Assembly (NCBI RefSeq): GCF_009834535.1
Contig: NC_045696.1
Location: 114,330,001 to 114,394,000, forward strand
DNA: 64,000 nucleotides
Direction of reading: 5' to 3'
From: Camelus ferus
Taxonomy: Eukaryota
The notes under the pieces are model-generated. The model had not been told where the DNA came from, searched no databases, and saw only the letters and a program-made list of their open reading frames with translations. Below, one piece after another: positions 63,923 through 64,000 of this stretch. How positions within the stretch are numbered: position 1 is the first letter of the stretch; each line of letters opens with the position of its first letter. The translations under genes were made by a program, and so were the position numbers.

Positions 63923-64000
63923 TTTTCTTAAAAATTGAAGTATAGTCAGTTTACAATGTTGTGTCAATTTCTGGTGTGCAACATAGTGATTTAGTCATAC
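63923..64000 (-). mobile_element. L1 3' end running off the window
   Basis: aattgaagtatagtcagtttacaatgttgtgtcaatttctggtgt. Confidence 0.85.

Overview
Mammalian, repeat-rich, apparently non-coding genomic DNA, most likely camelid. The basis is two tRNA-Ala-like SINEs resembling the camelid Vic-1 family and many copies of a young cetartiodactyl-type L1 3' end, with no Alu, B1, BovB or Bov-A seen. I cannot support any protein-coding gene. The ORF-track hits are L1 ORF2 remnants, LTR-derived or chance. The window holds about 25 L1 fragments, four ERV1-type solo LTRs, about ten ERVL/MaLR LTRs, MIR and L2 relics, hAT/Tigger MITEs and microsatellites. L1s and ERV1 LTRs lie mostly on the minus strand, which suggests a large intron of a plus-strand transcript. 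The best observations are retrotransposition structures: a SINE plus inverted L1 composite inside one 17-bp TSD, a twin-primed L1, nested insertions and two L1 copies ending at the same internal A-tract. Also noted are candidate cassette exons, a 14-bp-stem hairpin and several CpG-retaining, motif-rich candidate enhancers. Family names come from recalled consensus similarity, and boundaries of old repeats are approximate. I found no convincing novel biological system.
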